Origin: Candidatus Sumerlaea chitinivorans
GTDB taxonomy: Bacteria; Sumerlaeota; Sumerlaeia; Sumerlaeales; Sumerlaeaceae
Assembly (NCBI GenBank): GCA_003290465.1
Contig: CP030759.1
Span: forward strand, 1,988,572 to 2,052,571
Length of the DNA stretch: 64,000 bases
Direction of reading: 5' to 3'
Position numbers and translations under genes: made by a program
Notes under the pieces: model-generated
Told to the model about the DNA's origin: nothing
The model's database searches: none
Seen by the model: only the letters and a program-made list of their open reading frames with translations
In this document: one piece after another, positions 51,480 to 62,094 of the stretch
Numbering within the stretch: position 1 is the stretch's first letter
Layout of the letters: each line of letters opens with the position of its first letter

Positions 51480-52613
51480 TCAGCGTTCCACGGGATACCC
51501 ACGCGCGATCCACTCAGAAATGCCGCCCCGTACGTTTATGGGTCGTGCAAAACCAGCTTGCTTGAGGATTTGACAGGCACGGGCACTCCGCCCACCCTTT
51601 GCACAGTGGACGATGACTGTTTTATCGCGATAGGACTCAAGCTCCGAAAGTCGCTCCGGGAGAGTCCCCAACGGGATGAGCATCGCGCCATCAATGCGCG
51701 CCTGCGCATGTTCCTCTGGATTTCGACAGTCCACAAGAACGAAATCTCCCCCTTCGCGTAGGCGCTCAGCAAGCTCGTCCACTGTAATTTCTTCGATGCC
51801 TGTCATGGTTGCATGTCCTCCTGAACAGAAGTGTTCGTAGTCGATCAACTTGCGGATTGTTGGCTTTTCGCCACAGACTGGGCAGTCGCGGTTGCGCTTT
51901 AGCGCAATGGTACGAAAACTCATCGCCAGTGCGTCGTACAACAAGAGACGCCCCACAAGCGGGGTACCGATGCCAAGCAGTAGCTTGATGGTCTCCGTCG
52001 CTTGTACCACACCGATCAGGCCGGGCAGCACGCCCAGCACACCCGCCTCCGCACAACTGGGCACGGCGCCGGGAGGTGGCGGCTCTGGGAAAAGGCAGCG
52101 GTAGCATGGCCCCCGCGTGGCATCGAAGACCGAGGCCTGCCCTTCGAAACGAAAGAGCGCACCGTAGACGTTGGGCTTTTTTAGCAAGACACAGGCGTCG
52201 TTCGAGAGATAGCGCGTGGGGAAATTGTCTGACCCATCTACGATGACATCATAATCCGCCAAAATCTCCATCGCGTTTTGGCTCGTGAGGCGAGTTTCAT
52301 GTAGACGCACTTGAACATCGGGATTGAGCTCGGTGATCCTCTCGCGAGCGCTCTCGAGCTTGGACTTGCCCACGTTGCGTGTGCTGTGAAGCACTTGCCG
52401 TTGAAGGTTCGACTCCTCCACAACGTCGCTATCCACCAAACCAAGAGTGCCCACGCCAGCTGCAGCAAGGTAGAGCGCCGCCGGACTCCCGAGCCCCCCC
52501 ACACCGAGGATCAGCACTTTGCTGGCAAGTAGCTTTTCCTGACCTTGCTCACCAATCTGAGGTAGGAGCAAATGCCGGAGATACCGTTCGCGCTGTTGAG
52601 CCGTAAGTCCCAT
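51480..52613 (-). CDS. moeB: MoeB/MoeZ-type sulfur-carrier adenylyltransferase with C-terminal rhodanese domain
   Basis: RYLRHLLL, GVGGLG, SNLQRQ, CYRC, CPVC; rhodanese loop HCAKGGRS. Confidence 0.94.
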   Translation of the reverse strand: MGLTAQQRERYLRHLLLPQIGEQGQEKLLASKVLILGVGGLGSPAALYLAAAGVGTLGLVDSDVVEESNLQRQVLHSTRNVGKSKLESARERITELNPDVQVRLHETRLTSQNAMEILADYDVIVDGSDNFPTRYLSNDACVLLKKPNVYGALFRFEGQASVFDATRGPCYRCLFPEPPPPGAVPSCAEAGVLGVLPGLIGVVQATETIKLLLGIGTPLVGRLLLYDALAMSFRTIALKRNRDCPVCGEKPTIRKLIDYEHFCSGGHATMTGIEEITVDELAERLREGGDFVLVDCRNPEEHAQARIDGAMLIPLGTLPERLSELESYRDKTVIVHCAKGGRSARACQILKQAGFARPINVRGGISEWIARGYPVER

Positions 52614-52802
52614 CGGTCAAGAAACGTTACTAATTGTGTTCGTGTTTATTTCGTGAGAGGGCAAGCCACCTGAATTGAGGACAGCCGATGCGAGCACGGC
52701 CTCGTCTCCCACCATATTTGCGACGTGCGACAAAACCAACTCTCTGCGAGAGGAAGCCACGCTCCTGCCAGGCCACCTCCCCTTCATGGGGCCGCAGAAC
52801 AA

Positions 52803-52865
52803 TCACCCAATTCCTTTTCTGGATGAGCAACAGGAATGTCTGCTGCAACACTTTTGGTGTGCCAT
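52803..52865 (-). CDS. Putative Cys-rich leader peptide MAHQKCCSRHSCCSSRKGIG
   Basis: 20-codon ORF with two tandem TGT-TGC pairs, between glmS and moeB. Confidence 0.35.
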   Translation of the reverse strand: MAHQKCCSRHSCCSSRKGIG

Positions 52866-52884
52866 GGTTTTCTCGCGCGAATGG

Positions 52885-54717
52885 CTACTCCACTGTTACG
52901 CTTTTCGCAAGGTTCCGTGGCTGATCCACATCCTTGCCCCGGGCGACTGCCACGTAATACGCAAGAAGTTGCAGAGGTATCACCGTAAGCACTGGCATAA
53001 GGTAATGCGGGGCATCGGGAACCACGAGCAGTCGCTCGGACTGAGCAGCGAGTTCATCGTCGGCCGCATTGCCAACCGCGAAGACGCGCCCTCGTCGCGC
53101 TCGGATTTCCTGTACGTTACTCAGTATCTTTTCACGGATCTCGTCGCGTGGGGCGACGACAACCACCGGCATGTTTTCGTCAATGAGCGCGATGGGGCCA
53201 TGCTTCATTTCCGCCGCCGGATACCCCTCCGCGTGAATGTAGGAGAGCTCCTTAAGTTTGAGTGCTCCTTCTAAAGCCACGGGATAATTGTAGCCTCTTC
53301 CCAAATAGAGGCAGTTGTTCATCCCGGTAAACTCTGGGACAAGTTCCTGCACACCTGCAACAACTGAAAGCGTTTCTTCGACCAGTTCTGGCAAGCTTTG
53401 TAGCTCCCGAAGGATCCGTTTCCCCAACGACTGCGACAATCGACGCTGTCGCCCCAGCAGCAAGGCAAAGAGAGTAAGCACTGTAAGCTGGCAGGTAAAG
53501 GCTTTCGTGGACGCCACACCAATTTCTGGTCCAGCATGCGTAAAAATGCCTGCATCCGTTTCGCGAGCAATCGTGCTGCCGGCCACGTTGCAAATCCCGA
53601 TCACGAGCGCGCCTTTGCGGCGGGCCTCGCGCAGCGCAGCGATCGTATCCGCCGTCTCACCACTCTGACTGATTGCGACAACCAACGTGCGTTCATCCAG
53701 GACAGGATTGCGGTAACGAAACTCACTGGCATAATCTACGTCAGCCGGAATCCCAGCGAACTCCTCGATCAAATACTTGCCTATCAATGCGGCGTGCCAT
53801 GAGGTTCCACATGCGACGAACACAATGCGCCGCGCACGCCTCAGTTCCCGCTCAACGTCGCGTAGGCCGCCCAAGTGCGGCATACCGTCCTCTAAGTCGA
53901 GGCGCCCACGGAGGGTATTGGCGATCGCTTGCGGCTGCTCGTGAATCTCTTTCAACATGAAGTGCGGCCAGTCGCCCTTTTCGGCACGGAGAGCTTCGAG
54001 GTTGAGCTCTTGCACCGCCGGCGTAATCTCCGTGCCATCAAGTTCACGCACTTGGAGAGTTGTGGGTGTGATTGTCGCGACTTCACCATCGCGCAGATAT
54101 ACTACTCTTTGATGGGGCCGCAGAACAGCATGCACATCGCTTGTGACGACGGCCTCGTGTGTGCCCAGGGTGACGAGGAGGGGCGAACCGCGACGGCCTG
54201 CGACAATTTTCTCCGCCTCACGCGAGGAGATAACCGCAAGGCCGTAGGTTCCCTCCACCTCCCGCAGCGCTTGCGCAACTGCTTGCTCAAGCGGCACTTC
54301 GTCGCCGTAAAAATGCTCGACAAGGTGCGCCAAAACCTCGGAGTCGGTCTCACTTCGGAAGCGGTGCCCATTCGCCTCCAAGACGCGGCGCAGTGCCGCA
54401 TGATTCTCCACAATTCCGTTATGGACCACCGCGATGGTGCCCGAGCAATCAAGGTGCGGATGAGCGTTTGCCTCTGTGGGTTGGCCGTGGGTGGCCCACC
54501 TCGTGTGCGCAATACCCGTTCGCGCGCACGAAGGGGCGCTCGCAACAGCGTCCGCTAAAACTTGTACTTTCCCGACCCTGCGCACGACGGTGAGGTGGTC
54601 CTGTTCAGCGAGCGCAATCCCGGCTGAGTCATAACCGCGATACTCCAGTCGGCGCAGCCCTTCGATTAACAGATCGCGGCAGGGAAGACTACCCGTGTAC
54701 CCGATGATACCACACAT
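52885..54717 (-). CDS. glmS: Glutamine--fructose-6-phosphate transaminase
   Basis: MCGI, LEYRGYDSAG, HTRWATHG, SQSGETAD, EGALKLKE, PRNLAKSVTVE. Confidence 0.98.
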   Translation of the reverse strand: MCGIIGYTGSLPCRDLLIEGLRRLEYRGYDSAGIALAEQDHLTVVRRVGKVQVLADAVASAPSCARTGIAHTRWATHGQPTEANAHPHLDCSGTIAVVHNGIVENHAALRRVLEANGHRFRSETDSEVLAHLVEHFYGDEVPLEQAVAQALREVEGTYGLAVISSREAEKIVAGRRGSPLLVTLGTHEAVVTSDVHAVLRPHQRVVYLRDGEVATITPTTLQVRELDGTEITPAVQELNLEALRAEKGDWPHFMLKEIHEQPQAIANTLRGRLDLEDGMPHLGGLRDVERELRRARRIVFVACGTSWHAALIGKYLIEEFAGIPADVDYASEFRYRNPVLDERTLVVAISQSGETADTIAALREARRKGALVIGICNVAGSTIARETDAGIFTHAGPEIGVASTKAFTCQLTVLTLFALLLGRQRRLSQSLGKRILRELQSLPELVEETLSVVAGVQELVPEFTGMNNCLYLGRGYNYPVALEGALKLKELSYIHAEGYPAAEMKHGPIALIDENMPVVVVAPRDEIREKILSNVQEIRARRGRVFAVGNAADDELAAQSERLLVVPDAPHYLMPVLTVIPLQLLAYYVAVARGKDVDQPRNLAKSVTVE

Positions 54718-55067
54718 AACCCTTGGTGCCTCTCCTTGATGTGACGCAGTGCGTTCTTGGGCAAACGCCTACCTTTATCGCTGTGCGGCGCTTGCCCCAG
54801 AAAGGCGGATCCGGGAGTCTCAAAGCCAACCGGAGCCGCAGGTCAATGAGGCGCGGTGCATGACCACGACCAACGACCGCCTGCTGCCTATCAATTAAAT
54901 CGCTCTAACTGCAAGCCAGAAGTTTCTCAGGCAAAAGTCTTCCGACTTTCACGTGCCTGCGGGCTTAAATTGCGAAGGGTAGCCTTTAGCCCCGGGAGCC
55001 ATCCGCAACCGCTACGCTCGCAAGAGGCAATGCCTCAGGCGATGTACGCTCCGAATCCTCACATGCT

Positions 55068-55880
55068 CTAACACTGCCTCTCGCGCAACGACGTGGCCGC
55101 CTGAACCATGGCGCGCACTCGCTCGAGGTCCAGTGCCTCATCCCATTTGCCACCGCGTTTGAGCCACGAGCCAACAATGAATCCATCTGCATGCGGCCAA
55201 AGTCTGGCGAGATTCTCAGGTGTCGTTCCTGAACCCACCAGCACCGGTAGAGAGATCGCTCGCGCCACCGCTGCCACGTCGTCAGGTGAAGTCTCGCGCC
55301 CAGTGGCCGCCCCCGTGACAATGATGCCATCAGCTCCAAAGAATTCTGCGGCATGGGCTGTGTCCGCAAGATCCACATCCGCGGTGACTGCATGGCTCGC
55401 GTGTTTCTTCTTCACGTCCGCAAAAACTTTCACGCGCTCTGCGCCGATCACTCGCCGATATCGTAGCAGTTCACCGGCATCCGCATCCATCCACCCCTCG
55501 TCAGCCACGTGAGAGAACACGAACCCCTCTGCTCGGACGAAATCCGCGCCGGCAGCATGTGCCACCGCGAGCGCCTCACGGTTGGCCCCTGCCAAGATCT
55601 GCACCCCTAAAGGGCAATCGACAGCCGATCGCACGGCCACGGCCACGGCCGTCATTGTAGCGGTGATTTCGGGGCCCACCTCTCGCCGCAGATAGGGGAC
55701 ATCATGCATGTTTTCGAGGAGAATGGCATCGAATCCGGCCTCGCAAAGCGTTCGTGCCTCCTCCACCGCAATGCGCACAATCTCTTTCACGGGGAGCTGA
55801 TGTCGCGGGGTGCCGGGGAGAGCGCGCACATGTACCATCCCGATCAAAGTCCTTCGGGCTGTTTTCCAGTCCCACGTCAT
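55068..55880 (-). CDS. BtpA/SgcQ-family TIM-barrel protein
   Basis: IGMVH..LPG, ENMHDVPY, DVKKKH, IVTGAATG, VGSG; ATGA overlap with the upstream glycosyltransferase. Confidence 0.9.
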   Translation of the reverse strand: MTWDWKTARRTLIGMVHVRALPGTPRHQLPVKEIVRIAVEEARTLCEAGFDAILLENMHDVPYLRREVGPEITATMTAVAVAVRSAVDCPLGVQILAGANREALAVAHAAGADFVRAEGFVFSHVADEGWMDADAGELLRYRRVIGAERVKVFADVKKKHASHAVTADVDLADTAHAAEFFGADGIIVTGAATGRETSPDDVAAVARAISLPVLVGSGTTPENLARLWPHADGFIVGSWLKRGGKWDEALDLERVRAMVQAATSLRERQC

Positions 55881-57280
55881 TGTCCTTTGCTTCCTTCTCT
55901 TTTGGGAACATTCTGGCCCTGAGTGCGTGCCGCAATTGCCCGCGCCACATGCTCTTCCATCTCGCGCACGACCTTTTCCCACGAGTACGAGCGGGCCATT
56001 TCGAGCCCACGCCGGCATTGCGTGGAGAGCTCACCTGCAAGCGCCCGATGGCACTGCTTGATAAATTCTGCGGACGTATCCGCAAGCGCCACCACGTCAC
56101 CGAAGAAGGCCTCGAGATCAGGCAGGCGAATACTCACAACTGGACGCCCTGTGCTAAGATACTCGAGAGTTTTGGTCGGGTTGATATGGCGCGTTAACTC
56201 GTTGACCTTCCACGGCATGATGCACACATCCGAGTGAGCGAGGAATTGTGGCAAGCGTTGATACTTGATTGACCCCAAGAAGTGAATGTTTGGGTAACGA
56301 TCGAGCAAGCGGCGTGCATCAAATTGGCCAATGTCGATTGGGCCGGCCATCACAATTTGCCACGAAGGTTCTGCCTCGGCAACCGAGGCCAAGAGTTCCC
56401 CGTCAATCCGCGCATCAATCAGCCCCATGTAGAAAAGGCGCGGGCGTCCGATCCCTTGAAGTTCAGGCGGTTCTACGAGTGGGAGCTCCGTGTCCTCGGC
56501 GGCCGCATAAAAGTGCTCGAACTCAACTCCACACGGATAGAAATACGCCGGTTTGCCGCTCCCCTCGCACTTCGAACGGTAGAGGGCATGCGTGCCAGCA
56601 AACATAACGTCGGCAAGCCGGATGAGCTCCCGCTCTCGCGTCGAAATATCGCGCGGCGCCCAGACAAAAGCGCTGTATTCGTCCTGAATATCATAGACCA
56701 CCGCCGAGGGTCGGCAACGCTCGACCACGTAGACGGCTGCCGGATAGTAGAACCAATACACGGTGTTGCGCATGTCGAGGCGCCACTCATACCACAGCAG
56801 GTTCGTGGCAAGGATCCAACGGTTGAGCGAACGAACCGCGGCAAACCGCGATTCCCCCGGCATGAGCAGCGGATGTCGAATCCGGACCGCCGGATGCCGC
56901 CAGAATAGCGCTCGATAGCTGCCCGGTGCCCACCGAGCAAACACGTGCAGATAGGAAGTGGCAAAATCCTCGACGTAAACGACTTTCCGGCGACGGGCCA
57001 AGCGCGTCATCGTGTGATGGTTGCGCTGCCAAATGTGGGACCACGGCACGTGACTAATGCAGATTACATCAAACTGATGGGGGGCGCCTTCTCGCCGGGG
57101 CTCGAAACGCGCAAACCGCAAAATCAGCCATCGCGCTCCGACCACAATGAAAACTCCCACGCCAAACACGAGGAACGTCAGCCACTGCAAGGGGGCATGC
57201 ACAATGCGTTGCCATCGCGAGGGACGCCGCGTCCCTTGCAGCTCAATTGGAAGCTTTCGCCTTCGTGCACTCACACGCAA
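55877..57280 (-). CDS. GT-B glycosyltransferase (TuaH-like)
   Basis: WQRNHH, YDIQDEY, YMGLI, NPTKTLEYLSTGRPVVS. Confidence 0.88.
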   Translation of the reverse strand: MRVSARRRKLPIELQGTRRPSRWQRIVHAPLQWLTFLVFGVGVFIVVGARWLILRFARFEPRREGAPHQFDVICISHVPWSHIWQRNHHTMTRLARRRKVVYVEDFATSYLHVFARWAPGSYRALFWRHPAVRIRHPLLMPGESRFAAVRSLNRWILATNLLWYEWRLDMRNTVYWFYYPAAVYVVERCRPSAVVYDIQDEYSAFVWAPRDISTRERELIRLADVMFAGTHALYRSKCEGSGKPAYFYPCGVEFEHFYAAAEDTELPLVEPPELQGIGRPRLFYMGLIDARIDGELLASVAEAEPSWQIVMAGPIDIGQFDARRLLDRYPNIHFLGSIKYQRLPQFLAHSDVCIMPWKVNELTRHINPTKTLEYLSTGRPVVSIRLPDLEAFFGDVVALADTSAEFIKQCHRALAGELSTQCRRGLEMARSYSWEKVVREMEEHVARAIAARTQGQNVPKREGSKGQ

Positions 57281-58188
57281 ATCACCTTATGGCGAATCGA
57301 ACCCACAATGCGTCCGGCCAAGAAGCAGCTATATCGAATAACTTCCAGCGCGCCTTCGCGTCGCATGTAGTAGTCTCTTTTTATGAATGGGTAAAGCACC
57401 GCTTTCACACATGCTTTGCCCAGTTTTGCGTAGCTTCGCCAGTCAATCCAGACATTGCGCTCCACCAGATCGCGGTGGCGCAAGAACGTAGCCGTTGATC
57501 CAACGCCGTAAAGAAACATCTGTCGTGCAAACGATCGAATGTTGGAGCGATGACGATGAGCGGCAATTGCGCGATGGGCAAGGGCCAACTTCCCACCCGC
57601 TTTGAGGATCCGCCAGCAAAAGTCTGCGTCCTCGCCCACCCGCAATGCTTCGTCGAAGTACCCCACACGCTCGAACACGGCGCGCCGCACAGCAAAATTT
57701 GCCGTAAGCAAGAAAGGTGGTTTGTAGGGCAACTCCTTAAAGAAATCCTCTTGGTTCAAGATCGCCTGCCGTGCCGCAAAGGCTTCGGTGAGACTCACGG
57801 GCGCGGCTGAAACAAGGAGCCCACCGACGGCCCACACCGTCCGATCGTCAAGCTCGCGCACAAGTTCTTCAAGCCACGCAGGTGCAGGCACACAGTCCGA
57901 ATCAATAAACGCAAGGATTCGTGCGCGAGCTGCTCGCACGCCGGCGTTGCGCGCAGCCGAGGGCCCCCGCCGTTTTTCATCCAAAACCCGCATGCATTCC
58001 CAACGCCTCGCCCACTCCGAGAGAATCTCGCGCGACCCGTCGGTGGAGCCATTATCCACGACGATCAACTCCCAGCGATCGCACGGGAAGGTCTGCTGCT
58101 GTAACGCCCCTAACAACGTAGGAAGATTCTCCGCCGCGTTGAGCACGGGCACCACCACGCTCACTTGGGGATTTTCGTTACGCACCAT
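57271..58188 (-). CDS. GT2 glycosyltransferase
   Basis: VSVVVP, VDNGSTDGS, ARNAG, FIDSD, GEDADF. Confidence 0.93.
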   Translation of the reverse strand: MVRNENPQVSVVVPVLNAAENLPTLLGALQQQTFPCDRWELIVVDNGSTDGSREILSEWARRWECMRVLDEKRRGPSAARNAGVRAARARILAFIDSDCVPAPAWLEELVRELDDRTVWAVGGLLVSAAPVSLTEAFAARQAILNQEDFFKELPYKPPFLLTANFAVRRAVFERVGYFDEALRVGEDADFCWRILKAGGKLALAHRAIAAHRHRSNIRSFARQMFLYGVGSTATFLRHRDLVERNVWIDWRSYAKLGKACVKAVLYPFIKRDYYMRREGALEVIRYSCFLAGRIVGSIRHKVICV

Positions 58189-58200
58189 AGACCAAACTGG

Positions 58201-59250
58201 TTAGTCCTCGTTGACAAGAAAGTCGAATAAATCGCGCGCGCCGTTGGATGTCGATTGCGAAAAACGTCGAGTGCGCTCCTTGCTGGCACGCGATGCGCAC
58301 GCTTGGCTTACCTCGCAAAGATCCACAAACCCGCAATACTCCTTGGGTCGGGTGACAAGCACCCTGGCCTGCACCTTTCGCTTGGCCAATACCTCCATAG
58401 CCGCCGAATGGGCCAAGCTTTCCGAGTTGCAATCTTCACTAAGGTGCAAAAGAACGACATAAGCCGGCGGACGAGTGGATCGTCGTAGAATCTTGTTAAG
58501 TGCCTCCGCCGCTTGCTCATTCGAGAGATGCCCCTCATCACTCAACACTCTCTGGATTAGAGAAGGCGCGCGCCCACTCCTCCACTGCATCGCCACGTCA
58601 TGATTAAATTCGAGCGCAAGCACATCGCTGTCAGCCGCAATTTCGGCCAGCCCATCGTCAAAGCGTCCAAGGTCGGCCAGATACGTCATTTTCACGGGGC
58701 GGTGCAAATTCGGATGATTGGCCCATTCGAAAATAAATCCGAAAGTGGGACAACTGTCGTGGGGCAAGACGACCGGGCGAACAGAGCAGAAGGGAGAAAG
58801 GCGGAACACACTGTCTGCTCGGTAGGATTTCAGTCGACCAGCAGTTTGGAACTTCTCAAACGCCTTCGATTGCCCACCCAGGGCCCTTTTGTGTTCCTCA
58901 TGCAAGAACAGGGTGACTCCACATGTATGGAGCAAACTTGCCGTGGAATTAAAATAATGATCCTTATGCGTGTGGGTAAGAAGAGCTGCCCGCAACGCCA
59001 GCTTGCTTGGTGAGACAGCAACGTGGGAAGCCACCACACACTTGCGCGAATTCAAGGCTGTGGCTCCCTGGGAAAGCGCCAAGCCAGCCTCATGGAGCAG
59101 GCTCAGAAACGTTTTTTTGGGCACCCCAAAGTCTATGAGGTATGCAGCATTCCCTTCCTGAATAAGCGTGCAATTGCCCTTCGATCCACTGGAGAGGAAA
59201 TGTACACGAATCGTGGCCCTGCAATCCGTTGAACTCGCGGCTGTCATCAT
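58201..59250 (-). CDS. Metallo-beta-lactamase-fold hydrolase (YycJ/WalJ-like)
   Basis: LSSGSKGNC, THTHKDH, PHD, DLG, EFNHD, GHLSN, HLS. Confidence 0.88.
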   Translation of the reverse strand: MMTAASSTDCRATIRVHFLSSGSKGNCTLIQEGNAAYLIDFGVPKKTFLSLLHEAGLALSQGATALNSRKCVVASHVAVSPSKLALRAALLTHTHKDHYFNSTASLLHTCGVTLFLHEEHKRALGGQSKAFEKFQTAGRLKSYRADSVFRLSPFCSVRPVVLPHDSCPTFGFIFEWANHPNLHRPVKMTYLADLGRFDDGLAEIAADSDVLALEFNHDVAMQWRSGRAPSLIQRVLSDEGHLSNEQAAEALNKILRRSTRPPAYVVLLHLSEDCNSESLAHSAAMEVLAKRKVQARVLVTRPKEYCGFVDLCEVSQACASRASKERTRRFSQSTSNGARDLFDFLVNED

Positions 59251-59319
59251 CGTACTTGGGAGAGTTCACGCTGCCGGGAGAGTGCGTCAACCAAAAGCCA
59301 AGCGACCGCTCGTATTTCC

Positions 59320-59934
59320 TTAACGCCAGTGGTTGAAATAGGGCAAGCGCGCTGCCGTCGCCGCGATTTCCTCCATTGCTTCCATCAATTCGGCAGTGGA
59401 GTCCCAACGGCCCTCGAGGAACTGTTGACGCGGTCCTTCCGCAAGCTGAATGGGCCATTCGCGTCCCGCGCCGGTCAGCACCATCCGCTCAAGGTCTACC
59501 GTGAATTCCGTCTCAGGATGAGCCTCATTAAGCGCCATGATCTCCTGCGCGGTCGCCTCGTCCACCGTCACGCACGGAATGCCAAGCGCAACACAGTTGC
59601 CGAAGAAGATCTCAGCAAAGCTCTCACCGACAATTGCTTTGATACCCTTGCCCCACCGCATGACGGCCTGCGGAGCATGCTCGCGCGAGGATCCGCAACC
59701 AAAGTTCTTGTTCACGAAGAGAATCTCGGCGCCGGCGAACTCTGGACGGTCAAAGGGGTGTGTCTCGCCCTTTGCTTTCAGTTGAGCACGATCGTCCTCG
59801 AAGACGTGCTCACCGAGGCCATCAAAAGTGACGCACCGGAGGTAACGTGCTGGAATAATACGGTCCGTGTCGATGTCATTGCCGCGCACACTCACTGCAC
59901 GACCTGTAATACGAATACGCTTCATGTCGTTCAT
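59320..59934 (-). CDS. leuD: 3-isopropylmalate dehydratase small subunit
   Basis: [33 protein letters not shown]. Confidence 0.93.
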   Translation of the reverse strand: MNDMKRIRITGRAVSVRGNDIDTDRIIPARYLRCVTFDGLGEHVFEDDRAQLKAKGETHPFDRPEFAGAEILFVNKNFGCGSSREHAPQAVMRWGKGIKAIVGESFAEIFFGNCVALGIPCVTVDEATAQEIMALNEAHPETEFTVDLERMVLTGAGREWPIQLAEGPRQQFLEGRWDSTAELMEAMEEIAATAARLPYFNHWR

Positions 59935-61367
59935 TTGCTTTCTCCTGCCATAGCGGGGATGCCAAAGAATTCGCGGGCGTCCACGACCTCACCGGCAAAG
60001 GCTGCGGCAGCAACCATGACCGGCGACATGAGTAGCGTGCGCCCCACGGGTGAGCCCTGGCGCCCCTTGAAGTTACGATTCGACGAACTCGCGCATACCT
60101 CGCGCCCGCGCAGTTTGTCGGGATTCATCGCAAGGCACATCGAGCAGCCTGCGTAACGCAGCTCAAAGCCTGCCTCGGTGAGAACCTTGTCGTAGCCGCG
60201 ACGGACGAGCTCGTCATACACCTGCTGACTCCCCGGCACTGCAATTGCTCGGACGTGAGGGGCAACCTTGAAACCTCGTCCTTCAATCATCTTTACGACT
60301 TCCTCAAAATCCGAAAGGCGGCCGTTGGTGCATGAGCCGATGAAGGCTACATCAATCTTCATCCCTTTCACGGGCTGGCCGGGGCGGACCCCCATATACT
60401 CGTAGGCCTCTTCAATGAGCGAGTGTTCGCTTGCCGGGAACTGACTCTTGTCTGGCACCACTTCGCTCACCGGCACCGAGTGGCCCGGCGTGATGCCCCA
60501 CGTGACCATGGGCTCAATCTCATCCGCGCGGAAATACACCACGTCGTCGTAGTCCGCATCGGGATCCGACTTGATGCTTTCCCAGAAAGCGACAGCGCGA
60601 TCCCATGCTTCGGCCGGGGGGGCATAGGGTCGCCCCTTGAGATATTCATACGTCGTCTGGTCGGGGTTCACGTAGCCACAGCGTGCGCCACCTTCGATGG
60701 ACATGTTGCAGACGGTCATACGCTCATCCATCGTCATGCGCTCGAAGACCTCGCCTGCATACTCGTAAGCGAACCCCACTCCGCCTTTCACGCCGAGACG
60801 GTTGATGATGTACAGAATCACGTCCTTAGCATAGACGCCGGGCGCCAACTCGCCGTTGATCTCGATGCGGCGCACCTTCAGCTTGTCCATGGCCAACGTT
60901 TGGGTGGCGAGGACGTCGCGCACTTGGCTTGTTCCAATCCCAAAGGCAAGCGCACCGAAAGCCCCGTGGGTTGCTGTGTGCGAATCGCCACAGCAAATGG
61001 TCATCCCCGGCTGCGTGAGTCCCAGCTCTGGGCCGATAATGTGAACCACCCCCTGCTTGCCGGTCTCAGGTGAAAAGAAAGTAATTCCAAAATCGCGGGT
61101 GTTCTTTTCAATCGCGGCCAACATCTCCTCGGCGAGAGGATCCGCGAGCGGCCGCTGAAGCGTATCCGTGGGGACAATGTGGTCCACCGTGGCGAAATTC
61201 CGATGGGGGTACAACACCTTCCACCCACGCTCCCGCAGCATCGAGAACGCCTGTGGGGAGGTGACCTCGTGGATGAGCTGCAGCCCCATGAACAACTGAT
61301 ATTGGCCGGACGGAAGGCGGCGGACTGTGTGAAGATCAAACACTTTATTGTAGAGATTCGTTCCCAT
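59931..61367 (-). CDS. leuC: 3-isopropylmalate dehydratase large subunit
   Basis: [43 protein letters not shown]. Confidence 0.94.
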   Translation of the reverse strand: MGTNLYNKVFDLHTVRRLPSGQYQLFMGLQLIHEVTSPQAFSMLRERGWKVLYPHRNFATVDHIVPTDTLQRPLADPLAEEMLAAIEKNTRDFGITFFSPETGKQGVVHIIGPELGLTQPGMTICCGDSHTATHGAFGALAFGIGTSQVRDVLATQTLAMDKLKVRRIEINGELAPGVYAKDVILYIINRLGVKGGVGFAYEYAGEVFERMTMDERMTVCNMSIEGGARCGYVNPDQTTYEYLKGRPYAPPAEAWDRAVAFWESIKSDPDADYDDVVYFRADEIEPMVTWGITPGHSVPVSEVVPDKSQFPASEHSLIEEAYEYMGVRPGQPVKGMKIDVAFIGSCTNGRLSDFEEVVKMIEGRGFKVAPHVRAIAVPGSQQVYDELVRRGYDKVLTEAGFELRYAGCSMCLAMNPDKLRGREVCASSSNRNFKGRQGSPVGRTLLMSPVMVAAAAFAGEVVDAREFFGIPAMAGESK

Positions 61368-61370
61368 GGT

Positions 61371-61901
61371 TTATGCCTTTCTTGAACGAAGCGCATGGCC
61401 ATTCGGCGCCGCGCGTCGGGCGTTGGTGAGTCGCTCCGCCTGCATTTCCTGAGCAGAGTATGCTTCGAGGCGGCGAGCCAGCTCGCCACTGAATTCAGAA
61501 AACTGTTTCAGCTGGCCCGGTGGCAGATCTTGCCACACCGCCCGAATTGCACGTTGCCGAGCCCGATTTAACCTTGCAAGCAACGCTCGCCCCGTGGGCG
61601 TCAGGCGATAGCTTCGCTGACGCCCATCGTGCGCGGAAACCTCAACGGCGATGGCCCCTTTGTCAAGCAACTGACGAATGGTTTTCGAGACGGCTGCGGG
61701 AGAACACTGTCGTTCGCGGGCGAAAAGCGACGGCATGAACCCCTCGCCCCCAATCTCCTGCAACACTCGCCATTGCTCGACGGTTAGACCGACAGAGCGC
61801 GCTAAGCGCTCGCGGCGCTCAATAAAAAGCTCCGCCAACCGCTGAAGCGCAGCAATGGCTTCGAGGACTTCCGGCTTGGGCATTTCACTCATTGCTTGCA
61901 T
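61371..61901 (-). CDS. MarR-family transcriptional regulator
   Basis: GLTVEQWRVL, AVSKTIRQLLDKG, DGRQRSYRLTPTG. Confidence 0.9.
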   Translation of the reverse strand: MQAMSEMPKPEVLEAIAALQRLAELFIERRERLARSVGLTVEQWRVLQEIGGEGFMPSLFARERQCSPAAVSKTIRQLLDKGAIAVEVSAHDGRQRSYRLTPTGRALLARLNRARQRAIRAVWQDLPPGQLKQFSEFSGELARRLEAYSAQEMQAERLTNARRAAPNGHALRSRKA

Positions 61902-61902
61902 T

Positions 61903-61918
61903 GTTAACCGTGGTTAAC
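61903..61918. promoter_or_regulatory. Palindromic operator, probable MarR site
   Basis: GTTAACC-GT-GGTTAAC perfect 7-bp inverted repeat immediately upstream of the marR start. Confidence 0.7.
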
Positions 61919-62094
61919 TATTGCAAAACGACAACTATATTCACGCATTGCTTTTCGCGGATGACACGCCGGACCGAGGAGATCACATCCTTGTTCAAGA
62001 AAAACGAGTCGCACAACCGTACTACACATGAAAAAATAAGTCTCCACCGCACAGCTGGAATGCTGTGGACTTCGCTTGTGCTTCTTAAAGACAC

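Noticed and set aside
54718..54900. Possible glmS ribozyme (AGCGCC present upstream of glmS)
   Set aside because: The downstream GACGAG core is absent; AGCGCC is simply one arm of a GCAAGCGCC/GGCGTTTGC hairpin.
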